Source of the DNA: the human T2T-CHM13v2.0 reference genome, Homo sapiens
Length of the DNA stretch: 64,000 bases
Strand: one strand, 5' to 3'
Assembly (NCBI RefSeq): GCF_009914755.1
Contig: NC_060942.1
The notes beneath the pieces were generated by a model, which ran no database searches, was not told the origin of the DNA, and saw nothing but the letters and a program-made list of their open reading frames with translations. The position numbers were made by a program, and so were the translations under genes. This document shows, piece after piece, positions 15,186-32,020 of this stretch. Each line of letters begins with the position of its first letter. Within the stretch, counting starts at the first letter, position 1.

Positions 15186-16184
15186 TATAGCAAAATAACA
15201 TCTACTATCTTCTTTATATTTTATATTTATTATTTGTAGCTAATCAATTTGCTGATTTACTAAGAAACTTTCCCTTGCCATTTGTGATATATTCAACAAA
15301 AATTAGACTCTAATAAAATCTTCCTCAGTGTTCCTTGAATAAAGTTGCATTTTTAGTTGATGATCCTCTTACTTATATGTAGTCAGAAATGCAAAACAAA
15401 ACAAAACCAAATAAACAAAATAGAAAACATGTCTGTCTAATGTCTTTTTTCTTTGTTAATTTCCTTTGTTCACCAGTCAGTGTTGGCATGAGAATATACA
15501 CACAGTGGGCATGAAGACCCATGCAAGTGACTTATTTCTCTGGATTTCCTATTTTATATGGCATAATTTCTACAAAGAACAATGAGATCTTTTCTCACTT
15601 TATGTGGTAATGATCTAGCTATGGAACACCAATTAATCAATAGTAGAGCATGCCAATGTCTTACCAAAGCACCATAAGGTCTGTCACATAGTTCCAACGT
15701 GACATGAAGAATATGCAACAATCGATTTGACCACACAGTCCTGGACATGGAAAATTGTGTGAGTCTCTAATAAAAGTGCTCACCATGTGTTCCTTCTTTC
15801 TCTCTCAAATATTTCTATACTCTAGGCAGACGGAATCATGACAGGAGGCCTGATTGCAGGATATAGTCCAACAGACTAATGCATCCAAAAGAATTATTGG
15901 TGAGGCACCCATTGCACTCTTTGCCCAGTCTCAGTGAACACTTCTGAAGATGACATGAGCCACAGAACTCATAGAAGCATAAGATTCATGCCTAAAAGTA
16001 AACTCGCATCAATAACAGATTTTCCATAAGTAACACCAGATGAAACTTTTTAAAATTACTTTGTAGTCTTCAGTTTTTTCAGGAAAATAACCTGTAATAA
16101 TGAACAAAGACAATTTAGAAGAGTGCAAAGTGACTCAATTTGGGATATCACTTACATATCACAGCTCAGCCTATTTAGTTACAG

Positions 16185-16315
16185 ATTGCAGATTCTCACA
16201 CCTAGAGATTCTCATCTGGTATGTCTGTGTGGTGCCTAGAAATCTGCCCTTTAAGCAATAACACCAAGTATTGTTGCAAATGATGCATGTGTAAGATCTG
16301 AAAGAACAAGGCTTT
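16185..16315. mobile_element. MER5-like hAT-Charlie fragment
   Basis: cctagagattctcatctggtatgtctgtgtggtgcctagaaatctgc resembles the MER5 core. Confidence 0.55.
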
Positions 16316-16535
16316 AGACAAATTTACCACATCTGGGCTATCAGAGCCTTGCTTTTTATAGACAATTCAAAATTACATATCTTGCAAATACTGTGTGTAC
16401 AAAGTTGTGCAGTAATTTGAGCAATAAAGTTACACAGTTTGTTTTTCACTTAAGAAGTGATTATTAGGATAAAAATTCAGTCCTAATTATACTGACCAAG
16501 TTCACAGTAATTGAAGCCTATAACCCAAATCTTTT

Positions 16536-16679
16536 ATTTTTTCTCTTTTTTTTAAATTATACTTTCAGTTCTAGGGTACATGTGCACAATGTGCAGGTTT
16601 GTTACATATGTATACATGTGCCATGTTGGTGTGCTGCACCCACTAACTTGTCATTTACGGGTGGGATGGCATTAAGAGA
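16536..16679 (-). mobile_element. Tiny 5'-inverted L1PA5/6-like insertion
   Basis: Antisense L1 3' terminus to 16658, then ~21 nt of sense L1 (gggtgggatggcattaagaga). Perfect 17-bp TSD tataacccaaatctttt at 16519-16535 and 16680-16696. Confidence 0.92.
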
Positions 16680-17448
16680 TATAACCCAAATCTTTTAATT
16701 TTAAACTAACAAATGAACTAGTTGTCCTGTGGTTGAGTTACACAGAGGGTTTAGTTTATAAATAGGTTGATCGTGAGTTTCTCATCTTTGGTAGCTAAGG
16801 AATCAGAGTCTCATGTACTCTACTTATGCACAACACCTGCTTCTAACACCTTAAGGACTCACATTTCCTGTGGCCCTCTTTTCTGTTAAAACAACTTTCT
16901 TCTCTTTGATGTAGGAATGCCTCAAGTTGTGTTTGAGCTAATAGTTGGAATTTCCACTACAAGCTATGTTTCTTGAGGAAAATCTTCAGAAAACCTGCAA
17001 AATTTATGTTTTTTTTTAATTGTGGAAATTATTTAATTTCCTTTTTGTGGAATTAATTATACACTGTGTATGGAGAGCTTGGGTTTTTCTCATCTTTTTG
17101 ACATTAAACACATCTCACCAAAACCATACATGAGGATTGTTTTGAAGACGTGCCAACATTCCAAAAACCTCCTCAACCCCTTCATTGTTCTTTTTTTTTT
17201 TTTTAGGTACTTTATTTATTTATTTATTTATTTATTTTTTATTATTATGCTTTAAGTTTTAGGGTACATGTGCACATTGTGCAGGTTAGTTACATATGTA
17301 TACATGTGCCATGCTGGTGTGCTGCACCCACTAACTCATCATCTAGCATTAGCTATATCTCCCAATGCTATCCCTCCCCCCTCCCCCCACCCCACAACAG
17401 TCCCCAGAGTGTGATATTCCTCTTCCTGTGTCCATGTGATCTCATTGT

Positions 17449-21271
<3,823 letters not shown>

Positions 21272-21334
21272 TATGATGTCAGCTGGTTATTTTGCTCATT
21301 AGTTGATGCAGTTTCTTCCTAGTCTCGATGGTCT

Positions 21335-22350
21335 TTACATTTTGGCATGATTTTGCAGCGGCTGGTACCGGTTGTTCCTTTCCATGTTTAGCGCTTCCTT
21401 CAGGAGCTCTTTTAGGGCAGGCCTGGTGGTGACAAAATCTCTCAGCATTTGCTTGTCTGTAAAGTATTTTATTTCTCCTTCACTTATGAAGCTTAGTTTG
21501 GCTGGATATGAAATTCTGGGTTGAAAATTCTTTTCTTTAAGAATGTTGAATATTGGCCCCCACTCTCTTCTGGCTTGTAGGGTTTCTGCCAAGAGATCCG
21601 CTGTTAGTCTGATGGGCTTCCCTTTGAGGGTAACCCGACCTTTCTCTCTGGCTGCCCTTAACATTTTTTCCTTCATTTCAACTTTGGTGAATCTGACAAT
21701 TATGTGTCTTGGGGTTGCTCTTCTCAAGGAGTATCTTTGTGGCGTTCTCTGTATTTCCTGAATCTGAACATTGGCCTGCCTTGCTAGATTGGGGAAATTC
21801 TCCTGGATAATATCCTGCAGAGTGTTTTCCAACTTGGTTACATTCTCCCCATCACTTTCAGGTACACCAATCAGACGTAGATTTGGTCTTTTCACATAGT
21901 CCCATATTTCTTGGAGGCTTTGCTCGTTTCTTTTTATTCTTTTTTCTCTAAACTTTCCTTCTCGCTTCATTTCATTCATTTCATCTTCCATTTCTGATAC
22001 CTTTCTTCCAGTTGATCGCATCGGCTCCTGAGGCTTCTGCATTCTTCACGTAGTTCTCGAGCCTTGGTTTTCAGCTCCATCAGCTCCTTTGAGCACTTCT
22101 CTGTATTGGTTATTCTAGTTATACATTGTTCTAAATTTTTTTCAAAGTTTTCAACTTCTTTGCCTTTTGTTTGGATGTCCTCCCATAGCTCAGAGTAATT
22201 TGATCGTCTGAAGCCTTCTTCTCTCAGCTCATCAAAGTCATTCTCCGTCCAGCTTTGTTCCGTTGCTGGTGAGGAGCTGCGTTCCTTTGGAGGAGGAGAG
22301 GCACTCTGATTTTTAGAGTTTTCAGTTTTTCTGTTCCGTTTTTTCCCCAT
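21335..22350 (-). pseudogene. L1 ORF1p, frameshifted
   Basis: MGKKRNRKTENSKNQSASPPPKERSSSP start, REKG and YPAKLS motifs, ends LQNHAKM. Split by a frameshift near 22000. Confidence 0.96.
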
Positions 22351-24074
22351 CTTTGTGGTTTTATCTACTTTTGGTCTTTGATGATGGACATCACCATCAT
22401 CAACAGATGGGTTTTTGGTGCGGATGTCCTTTCTGTTTGTTAGTTTTCCTTCTAATAGACAGGACCCTCAGCTGCAGGTCTGTTGGAGTACCCTGCAGTG
22501 TGAGGTGTCAGTGTGCCCCTGCTGGAGGGTGCCTCCCAGTTAGGCTGCTCGGGGGTTAGGGATCAGGGACCCACTTGAGGAGGCAGTCTGCCCATTCTCA
22601 GATCTCCAGCTGCGTACTGGGAGAACCACTGCTCTCTTCAAAGCTGTCAGACAGGGACATTTAAGTCTGCAGAGGTCACTGCTGTCTTTTTGTTTGTCTG
22701 TGCCCTGCCCCCAAAGGTGGAGCCTACAGAGGCAGCAGGCATCCTTGAGCTGTGGTGGGCTCCACCCAGTTCGGGCTTCTGGGCTGCTTTGTTTACCTAA
22801 GCAAGCCTGGGCAATGGTGGGCGCCCCTCCCCCAGCCTGTTTTTTTTTTTTTTAAATGAAGAAGTGCAACTTATTTATTTGAAATCCAATGAAAACTGTG
22901 GCTCTTTCCTCAGGAAATGAATATATCCTCACAGTCATAATAGGTTGCCAAAATTGTATGAAGGAGGAGAGTTCTGAGACTACTTTAAGTCAATCATTAG
23001 ACACCCTTAAAAATTGTAGACTACATGTGGGCTGGATTGAGTAATTTACATAAAATGGCTGCTCCTGTCAAGTATGTTTAGTTTAATATCTCAGTCTGGT
23101 AGTTTCACATCTCAAAGTCTCAGTGTTATACTAGAGAAAACACCAACCTAGTGACTGCGTTAAATACAAAAATGAGTACGAGAGGGTCCTGTCCTCAAAA
23201 AGTTTACAGTCTGTTTGAAAATATGTAAGTTCCTTTTGCTTTCCATTTCTTCATTTATTTATAGCATGCCTTCTATAATCTGGTGAAGTAAACAATATTA
23301 GTAGAAAGGAAGAAATAACGAGACATGTCAAGATAATTTTCTTCTTACTTAAAAAATGTAGAGAGACTCAATTTCTAATGACCGCCTTGATGTACATAGA
23401 AAATACAAATTGTGTCATAAAACTTCAAAAGAGAATCTGTACCCCTCCCATGAGACAACATACATAGCTGTGAGCTGAGCACCCGTATTTCTGCCTTATG
23501 TTGCTAGAAGTTTCAGAACACTAGGCGGGTGATGTATTGTAAGTATGTACTGAGTTTGTTGTCCTGTTGGCTCTAATTCATTGGTAAATCAACAAAATTT
23601 TGGAAGGCCAATCTTATATAACTATCGCTCTGCAATAAAGTTCATTTTTGTTTTTCTGTTTCTTCATTTTTATTTACTTTGTTAGTTTTCAATCTGCATT
23701 TATTACATTTAGGTAGGTTGTCAGTTATACTAATTATTTACAAAAGAGTTCTACATGTTTACCTCTTAAAAAGGTCTTCCTAGTATATTTAAGATGTGAT
23801 AGGTGAAACAAACAAACCCTATTTTTATGACTAATTTAAGTTTAAATTTTTAATTAATGGACAATTAAGAATAAATATCTTTGACAACTGGTAAAATGAG
23901 CTGAAGTAAGCATGAGGCAAAAGCTTTACAAAATGTAAGTAATGAGTAAAAATGTTAGTGCTTTCAGTAACAGTTAAGTTTAACTAGAACCTCATATGGT
24001 CATCATCATGGAAGGGAGTAAACTAGAAATGTACTGAAGTGTCAAAGTGGGTTTCCTAATAATAACTAAATGGA

Positions 24075-24124
<50 letters not shown>
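24075..24124. repeat. (TA)n(GA)n compound microsatellite
   Basis: Directly visible. Confidence 0.95.
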
Positions 24125-24126
<2 letters not shown>

Positions 24127-25873
24127 AGGAAATTATATTTTATATTGTGAAGTACAGCCTAGCACAATTTGAGATTTTTAAAAATAATGTAGTTTATTCC
24201 ATTTGTCTATTAAAAACTGACTTGTACTTTTCAGAAAAAACATCTTACCTTCTTATAAGACATGCTCTAAACGCCCAATGGGAGAAAAAACACTTACGTT
24301 CTCCTTAGGAAAAAAATGCTTGTAAAAGTTGAGAAAATTAATATTAATATTTGAAAAACAAATACACCTTGGACTCAATACACATTTCAAATATGTGTTT
24401 AAAATTGAAAGTGAGGAAAATCCACAGCAATTTTAGTAGTAAAAATATTTTTTCAAAGTTCAGATACTACATTATTAAATATTTATTCTGTAGAATAAAT
24501 GATTAGATTTGTATTAATATTACTTATACAGTTTGAATTATTATGAAAATATGTCAATAAATATAAAATATATTTGGAGGGTGAAGCTTTTTATGTTTGT
24601 CATGGATATGTGAGAACTTACACATATTTTGTCATTTAAATATAGCCTAATATTAAGCTGTGGCTTGGCATCTTACCAACAAGGAAGGAAACAATAGAAT
24701 TTGAGTGGTAGGGTAATATAATAATATTATAGTTTTCAGTAAGAAGCCCTATGATTAAAACCTCTGAAAGGTCCTTTATTTTACCTAGTTTTCTCACATA
24801 ATTTTTTGGGTTTTCTTTTTGGGGATGAACTTTTTTTATAATCTAAGCCCAGAGGTAAATTTTTTTAGGAAATTAGATCTAAATCAATTATGTATTTTAA
24901 AGTTAAGTTTATGACTGGAATAGAAATGCCTCGAAAACGATTTTTCATCAGACTTCACAATTGTATTCATAGCAACTTTGGCTGCTATATATGGCAGCAC
25001 CCTACTGTTAAGAGACACAGATGAAAGCCCTCTAGTCTTTTACATGACTTATTGATGAGACTATACACAGAGAATAAGTGAAATATTTAAACTTGGTATA
25101 GTATTTATTTTAAAGAATATTAAAAGATTTAGTAGTGCTTTTTAAAATATTTAAATAATTATCATCTGGTTTTGGTGAGGTAGAATAGAAAAGTAAGGTC
25201 TCCAAACAAAGATCCAAATTAAATCATTGTGTGCTGTCTTTTACTAAGAAAAATTTTTGTGGATAATTTTTCTAATGCACACATAAATGTTTGCTAGAAC
25301 AAACCTCATATCTGTTATACAATAAATGCAAGTGAAACAATAAGACACAGGATGTATCATGTTAATTATATGTGTTGGGGTTAATTTGGGTATCGTGAAG
25401 TTTATTTGTTAAGAAAGAGTCTGAGGAAGAGTAAAAATTACTAATTTCATGGCAAACAAGGAGGAAAAAAGGCTTAGAACAATGACATCGGTATGAACAA
25501 ATGAAGAAAAAAAATAAGGCAGAGGAAAAAATGATCTATTTCTTCAATTCATTTGTAGCCTAAGTGGAAAGGGATTATATGTGGCTCTCATATTCTGCTG
25601 GATTTAAAATAGATGAGCATGCATATATTGATACACAAGAAAAAGCTATGCAATAAGAAGGGCAGAAAGTAGAGCTTTTCATTTTGTAGTTTTGTATGTT
25701 GGAGAAACATGACTACAGTTATGGTGAGAGTGTGCTGCACAAGAGATTGGTCTGAAAGAGGAGGTCTTCTAACACCTCAGGCAAGAAGAGCAAGCCAAGG
25801 AAATTTTAATATTTAACATTTAAACATTCAGTAATTTTGAAATATACAAACATCTATGAATTAAAAAGTTTAT

Positions 25874-26185
<312 letters not shown>

Positions 26186-26579
26186 TATGCGCCTATGCAA
26201 ACAACACTTTCAAAATATTGAAAAGAAGAAAGCAATAATAATTTATGATGTATGAAAGGTATCTTCAGGTTTTATCACATACAAATATTTTTTTAAATAT
26301 ATTGATCCAAATCCTGTATGACTAACAGCCTGAAGTTGGCATTACAGTAATAATAAACTTCAACATATGCTTTTCAGTTTAACCTAATTTACCAATGCCC
26401 TACTGTCTCATCATCACTAATATACATACAAGTCAGTTTTTACAAGGAAGTTTAATACTTGAAACCTTTGGTTCTATCCTGCTGTGTTCTTTAATTTTAT
26501 TTAAAACTATAATGGAGATATACAAATAGTTATAAAAATCGATATCCATTTCCAGAAAATTTGCTTAAAAACAGTCTGT

Positions 26580-26907
26580 AGCCGGGCGTGGTGGCTCACT
26601 CCTGTAATCCTAGCACTTTGGGAGGCCGAGGCGGGCAGATTGCCTGAGCTCACGAGTTCAAGACCAGCCTGGGCAGCATGATGAAACCCTATCTCTACTA
26701 AAACACAAAACAATTAGCCAGGCGTGGTGGCATGCACTTGTAGTCCCAGCTACTCGGGAGGCTGGGGCAGGAGAATCTCTTTAACCTGGGAGGCTGAGGT
26801 TGCAGTCAGCAGAGATCGCACCACTGCACTCCAGCCTGGGTGACAGAGTGAGACTCTGTCTCCAAAAAAATAAAAATAAAAAAAATAAAAATAAAATAAA
26901 AATAAAA
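26580..26907 (+). mobile_element. Alu (AluS-type)
   Basis: Sense Alu dimer with (TAAAA)n tail. Confidence 0.96.
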
Positions 26908-29021
26908 TGGCCTGTTAACAGTTCTCACGACTTACTCTTTTTCCCATGTGCTCGAGTCTTGCATATTGCATAATAGTATTCTTGGGTAGCTTGCCCTTAA
27001 ATACAATTTATTGTTGAGTAAAGAAAACTCTAATGTCTGTGAAAAGGTAACCAAGGTAGCTGAATTGCATACTATACTATACACGCATTTTTTCTACAAA
27101 CGCAGGTTTAGAATTTACTTGGATAAAATCTCTCACTTAAAAATATTCTGATAAATGAACCACATGATGTTAGATTTAAAATACTGTTACATCGTTGTAG
27201 AATAGAGTAAGTTTGCTTAAGGATATTGAGTAAATGGATCTATCAATCAAAAAGATTAAAGTAATTGATTCTGTTTATATAGTAAGGAAAATTACTGAAG
27301 TTCCTACACTTAAATTCTAAAATAAGAGCTAATTTTTAAAATGTTGAAATTATTTTTATCTAATTTAAATTTACTTTTTCATTGCTTCAGGACAAAATGT
27401 TTGGCAAAAAATAAATCTATGATTTTTCAAATAAAAAAGTCAAACTTTAACCTTCTGAAGATAAACTTTTATAATTTCAGATGTTCATTTTTAACTTTCC
27501 TCTGGGATCCACCTGAGAAAAAGCTAACCTGCTTTCTAAATATGAAAAGGTTGTATGCATTTAAAAAAATTATAAATGCTTCCTCTGAAGTTAGCAAAAC
27601 ATACATAAATGTGCTGTATTGTTTCCAAAAATCTATCAAAAATAACCACTAAACACTCTAAATATACATCCGACTATTAATCTGTATTTAATACAAATTA
27701 TAAAATCCATGTCTCATGCAGGGATTTAAAACCAAATTTCTGGTATTTTAGTATAATTATTTCTCAAGATTTAAGTGATCTGAAATTTTGCTTATAAAAA
27801 TGATTTAATAAATTCATCTGATTAAAATTGTATATGAAGAATAGATGCTGACACAGGCTGTGTAGGGAAAGGGAGAAATCACTATACCATTGAGTTGAAG
27901 TGATTAGTTTGTTGTGAAGTATGATCAGCAAAAGGCAATGTCATAATATTACATTCTAAGTACTCCAATTTTAAGGTAGCATTTTTATTAAACAATGCAG
28001 ATTATCAAATTTGGCTATTCCTCCTCTATAAAGTACCTCATCCCAAATTATACTTAAAAATCTAAAAGTGCAATCATTAATGTTATTTTTAATGTTTCCT
28101 CATTTTAGTGGTTTTTAAAGCATGTGGATTTAATTGGATTGTAATTTAACGTGGCCATGTTTCTATGCTTCTCTAAAATCTCTTTATTTTTTTACCAGAC
28201 ACTAAAATCACCATTAAGCAGACACATTTCCACTTCCTTCCTCCCATTGTGGTAATTAAAAGATTATATTTACAAGCCTCTTGAATCAAATATTTTCATG
28301 AAATATTTATTACATGCCCATGAGACACCTGATTTCATTCATTTACTATTCTGAATTTGTTGATTGTATCCTCTATAACAATGAATCTTTCATATTCCTA
28401 CAGTACTATGAGCTACACGAGCATGAAGTCATCTATTTGGCTTTGGATAATGGTACAATAAGTTGATTCTATCTGTCTCTCTTGCCTTTCTCTAAAGGCT
28501 GATTCTGTGCCCTTCAGGGAGACATGACTATGATTTGAATCATTTAGGGACCCTGAACATGCTATCTGTGCTACATCCAATCCATTCTTACAAAGTTTTA
28601 AAAAGTTGAATTTAGAAGAAACATCATTGTTGTTTTCAATGAAATTATTCCTTTGTTGATAATTGTGCATTAGATATTTTTATGTAGACATAGAGGAGGT
28701 AAATTTAAAAATCAAGATGAGTAGCCATGTTCTATTACTCGGAGATTTAGTATTTACTCATCTAAGCTCACAAGTATTCCTGTCCCAGTGGCCTGATCAA
28801 ATCTATGTATTTTGATCTAGGAATCATAGCACAGTACAGTGGGGTTCTAGCTACAGGAATTGTAAACAGTGTGACAATTAGAAGCTGGATAAATTAATTA
28901 CCTACCATTGGTACAACCAGGTGTTGATCAAGTGACTTTATAACCTGTTTTTGTTCAGTATATTTTCATCTTGCTATTCACAATATTGTTTCAATATTGT
29001 TAAATGTAAAAATCATATTCT

Positions 29022-29662
29022 TTTTGACTTTTTTATTCTTCTAAAAATAATAAGATACATGGGGAGAACGTGCTAGGTTTGTTATACAGGTATATACACG
29101 TGCCATGGTGGTTTGCTGCACCTATTGACCCATTTTCTAAGTTCCCTCCCCTCACCCCCACCTCCCAACAGGTCCTGGTGTGTGGTCCCCTCTCAGTGTC
29201 CGTGTGTTCTCATTGTTCATCTCCCATTTATGAGTGAGAACATGCGTGTTTGGTTTTCTGTTCTTGTGTTAGTTTGCTGAGGATAATCACTTCCAGCTTC
29301 ATCCATGTTCCTGCAAAGCACATGATCTCATTCCTTGTTATGGCTGCATAATATTCCATGGTGTATATATACCACATTTTCTTTATCCAGTCTATCATTG
29401 ATGGGCTTTGGGTTGGTTCCCAGTCTTTGCTATTATAAATAGTGCTGCAATGAACATATGTGTACATATGTCTTTATAGTAGAATGATTTATATTCCTTT
29501 GGGTATATACCCAGTAATGGGATTGCTGTGTCAAATGGTATTTCTAATTCTAGATCCTTGAGGAGTTGCCATAATTGACAAATGGGATCTAATTAAACCA
29601 AAGAGCTTCTTTACAGCAGAAGAAACTATCATCAGAGTGAACAGGAAACCTACAGAATGGGA
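29022..29662 (-). mobile_element. 5'-truncated, 5'-inverted L1PA8-10-like element
   Basis: Antisense 3' UTR and ORF2 end to ~29571, then a sense ORF2 piece [29 protein letters not shown] at 29573-29662. Confidence 0.88.
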
Positions 29663-30039
29663 TTTTCTTAATTTTTCCAAACTATTATCAAGATAACTGG
29701 AAGAGTTTATATGTGGCATAAAATCTGTTTTTCTTGCAATATTTTTCAAGCTTATTCACATGCTTATTTTGTAAATAAATTTACTGTAAATTTTATTTAA
29801 TCTTGCTTTCCTCTTTTATTTTGAACTTTATATTCACAAAATTGCATTGCAATATTTAGTGATATACTTTCATCATTGTTCTATAGGAGGTCTGGTTTTT
29901 GTTTTTATTATATTTATTGTCCATTGGACGTTTATCTATAATAACATTATCCTCTGTCATAAGGAACTCCCTGTTTTATGTTAAGTTTGCATATTGTTTG
30001 CATAAATGATATCATGTCTTATATTATTTCAAAGAATAT

Positions 30040-30343
30040 TATATATTTTTACAAATTCAATAATGGTGCAGGCTTATCTAGTTATTTCCTGTAACTACAA
30101 CAAAATTTTCATAATATATGACATTGTATTGATTCTGTTTTTTAATGGGCATTTGGGTGGTTTCCATTACTTTGCTATGATACATTTTACAGTAATGAAC
30201 TTAGTTATGCATAGTTTTTTGAATATTTATACTCAAGTTTCTCTGGGTATATACTTGGAAAAGGAATTTCTGAGTGATAAAAGCACAGTAAATCTGATAA
30301 AATATATTTATTTTCTCCCAACATTGTATTCCCACCAACAGTA
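30040..30343 (-). mobile_element. Old L1ME-like fragment (continues at ~31670-31990)
   Basis: gggcatttgggtggtttcca, tttctctgggtatatac and ttcccaccaacagt antisense L1M motifs. Confidence 0.7.
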
Positions 30344-31310
30344 CACGGCAGCCCATCCCATGACAGGCCTAGAGGCCTAGGAGGAGAAAATGGTTTTATG
30401 GGCTGGGTCCAGGGTCCCATGCTGTATGCACACTAGGGACTTAATGCCCTGTGTCCCAGCCACTCCAACCGTGACTAAATGGGGCCAAGGTATAGCTCAG
30501 ACTGTAGCTTCAGAGGGTGCAAGCCCCAAGCCTTGACAGCTTCCATGTGGTATTGGGCCTGCAGGTGCATAAAAGTCAAGAATTGACATTTGGGAACCTC
30601 TGCCTAGATTTCAGAGGATGTATGGAAACACCTGGATGCCCAGGTAGAAGTTTGCTGCAGGGGCAAGACACTCATGGAGAATCTCTGCTAGGGAAGTGTG
30701 GCAGGGAAATGTGGGGTCAGAGCCCCCACACAGAGTCCCTACTAGGACACTGTCTTGTGAAGCTGTGAGAAGAGGGCCACCATCTTGCGGACCCCAGAAG
30801 GGTGGATCCACCAACAGCTTGCACCATGTGCCTGGAAAAGCTGCAGACACTCAACGCCAGTCCATGAAAGCAGCCAGGAAGGAGGCTGTACCCTACAAAG
30901 CCACAGGGGCAGAGCTTCCCAAGACAATGGCAACCCACCTCTTGCATCAGCATGACCAGATGTGAGACATGCAGTCAAAGGAGATCATTTTGGAGCATTA
31001 GGATTTCACTGCCCTGCTGGATTTCAGACTTGCATGGGGCCTGTAGCCTCTTTGTTTTGGCCAATTTCTCCCATTTGGTATGGCTGTATTTACCCAATGC
31101 CTATAAACCCCATAGTATCTAGGAAGTAACTAATTTGCTTTTGATTTTACAGATTCATTGGCAAAAGGGGCTTGCCTTGTATCAGGTGAGACTTTGGACT
31201 GTGGCTTTTGAGTTAATGCTGAAATGAGTTGAGACTTTGACGGACTGTTGGGAAGGCATAATTGTTTTTAAAATGTGAAGACAGGAGATTTGGAGGGGCC
31301 AGGGGCAGAA
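30344..31310 (+). mobile_element. THE1-int, 3' part only
   Basis: gcttcagagggtgcaagccccaagcc and tgccctgctggatttcagacttgcatgggg. Polypurine tract gaggggccaggggcagaa abuts the LTR. Confidence 0.92.
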
Positions 31311-31668
31311 TGATATGGTTTGGCTCTGTGTCCCCACCCAAATCTCATCTTGTAGTTCCCATAATTCCCACGTGTTGTGGGAGAGGCCCAGTGGGAGATG
31401 ACTGAATCATGGGGTCAGGTCTTTTCCATGCTGTTCCCATGAAAATAAATGGATCTCACAAGATCTGATGGTTTTAAAAATGGGAGTCTGCATGCACAAG
31501 CTCTCTCTTTGCCTGCTGCCCTCCAGGTAAGATGCGACTTCCTCCTCCTTGCATCCTGCCATTATTGTGAGGTCTATCCAGCCATGTGGAACTGTAAGTC
31601 CATTACACATTTTTTTCTTCCCAGTTTCAGGTATGTCTTTAACAGAGGCATGAAAATGGACGAATACA
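31311..31668 (+). mobile_element. THE1A-like 3' LTR
   Basis: tgatatggtttggctctgtgtccccacccaaatctcatcttgtag ... tttttcttcccagt ... aataca. Confidence 0.92.
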
Positions 31669-32020
31669 AATACTCTGAATATTAGATAATACTCTTTAAT
31701 AGTTTAATGTTGCAGATATTTTTGCCTAATGTACATTTGTTTGTTAAATTTTGCCATTGGCTTTCCTGAATTTTGATACTATAAAATTTCCCCATTTCTT
31801 TTCAGTTCAGTGTCTTATTTAAATACTCTTCATCATATAAACATAGCACTATTCTACTACATTTTTCTCTCATAGCTTTAGATATTTCTACTTTCACATC
31901 AAACCTTTAACACATCTGATTTATTTGTTGTATCCTGTGTGAAGTAAGCCCATTTTTTTAATAGCAATGACATTTTCCTAAATTTAGAAAATAGTATCTG
32001 CATGGATTAGTGATACCAAC

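Noticed and set aside
28404-28460. Possible exon YYELHEHEVIYLALDN after ttcctacAG
   Set aside because: Only a poor donor (gtacaa) and an unrecognised peptide. Not supportable.
30517-30978. Cluster of overlapping ORFs on both strands
   Set aside because: GC-richer THE1-int relic with no intact coding frame.
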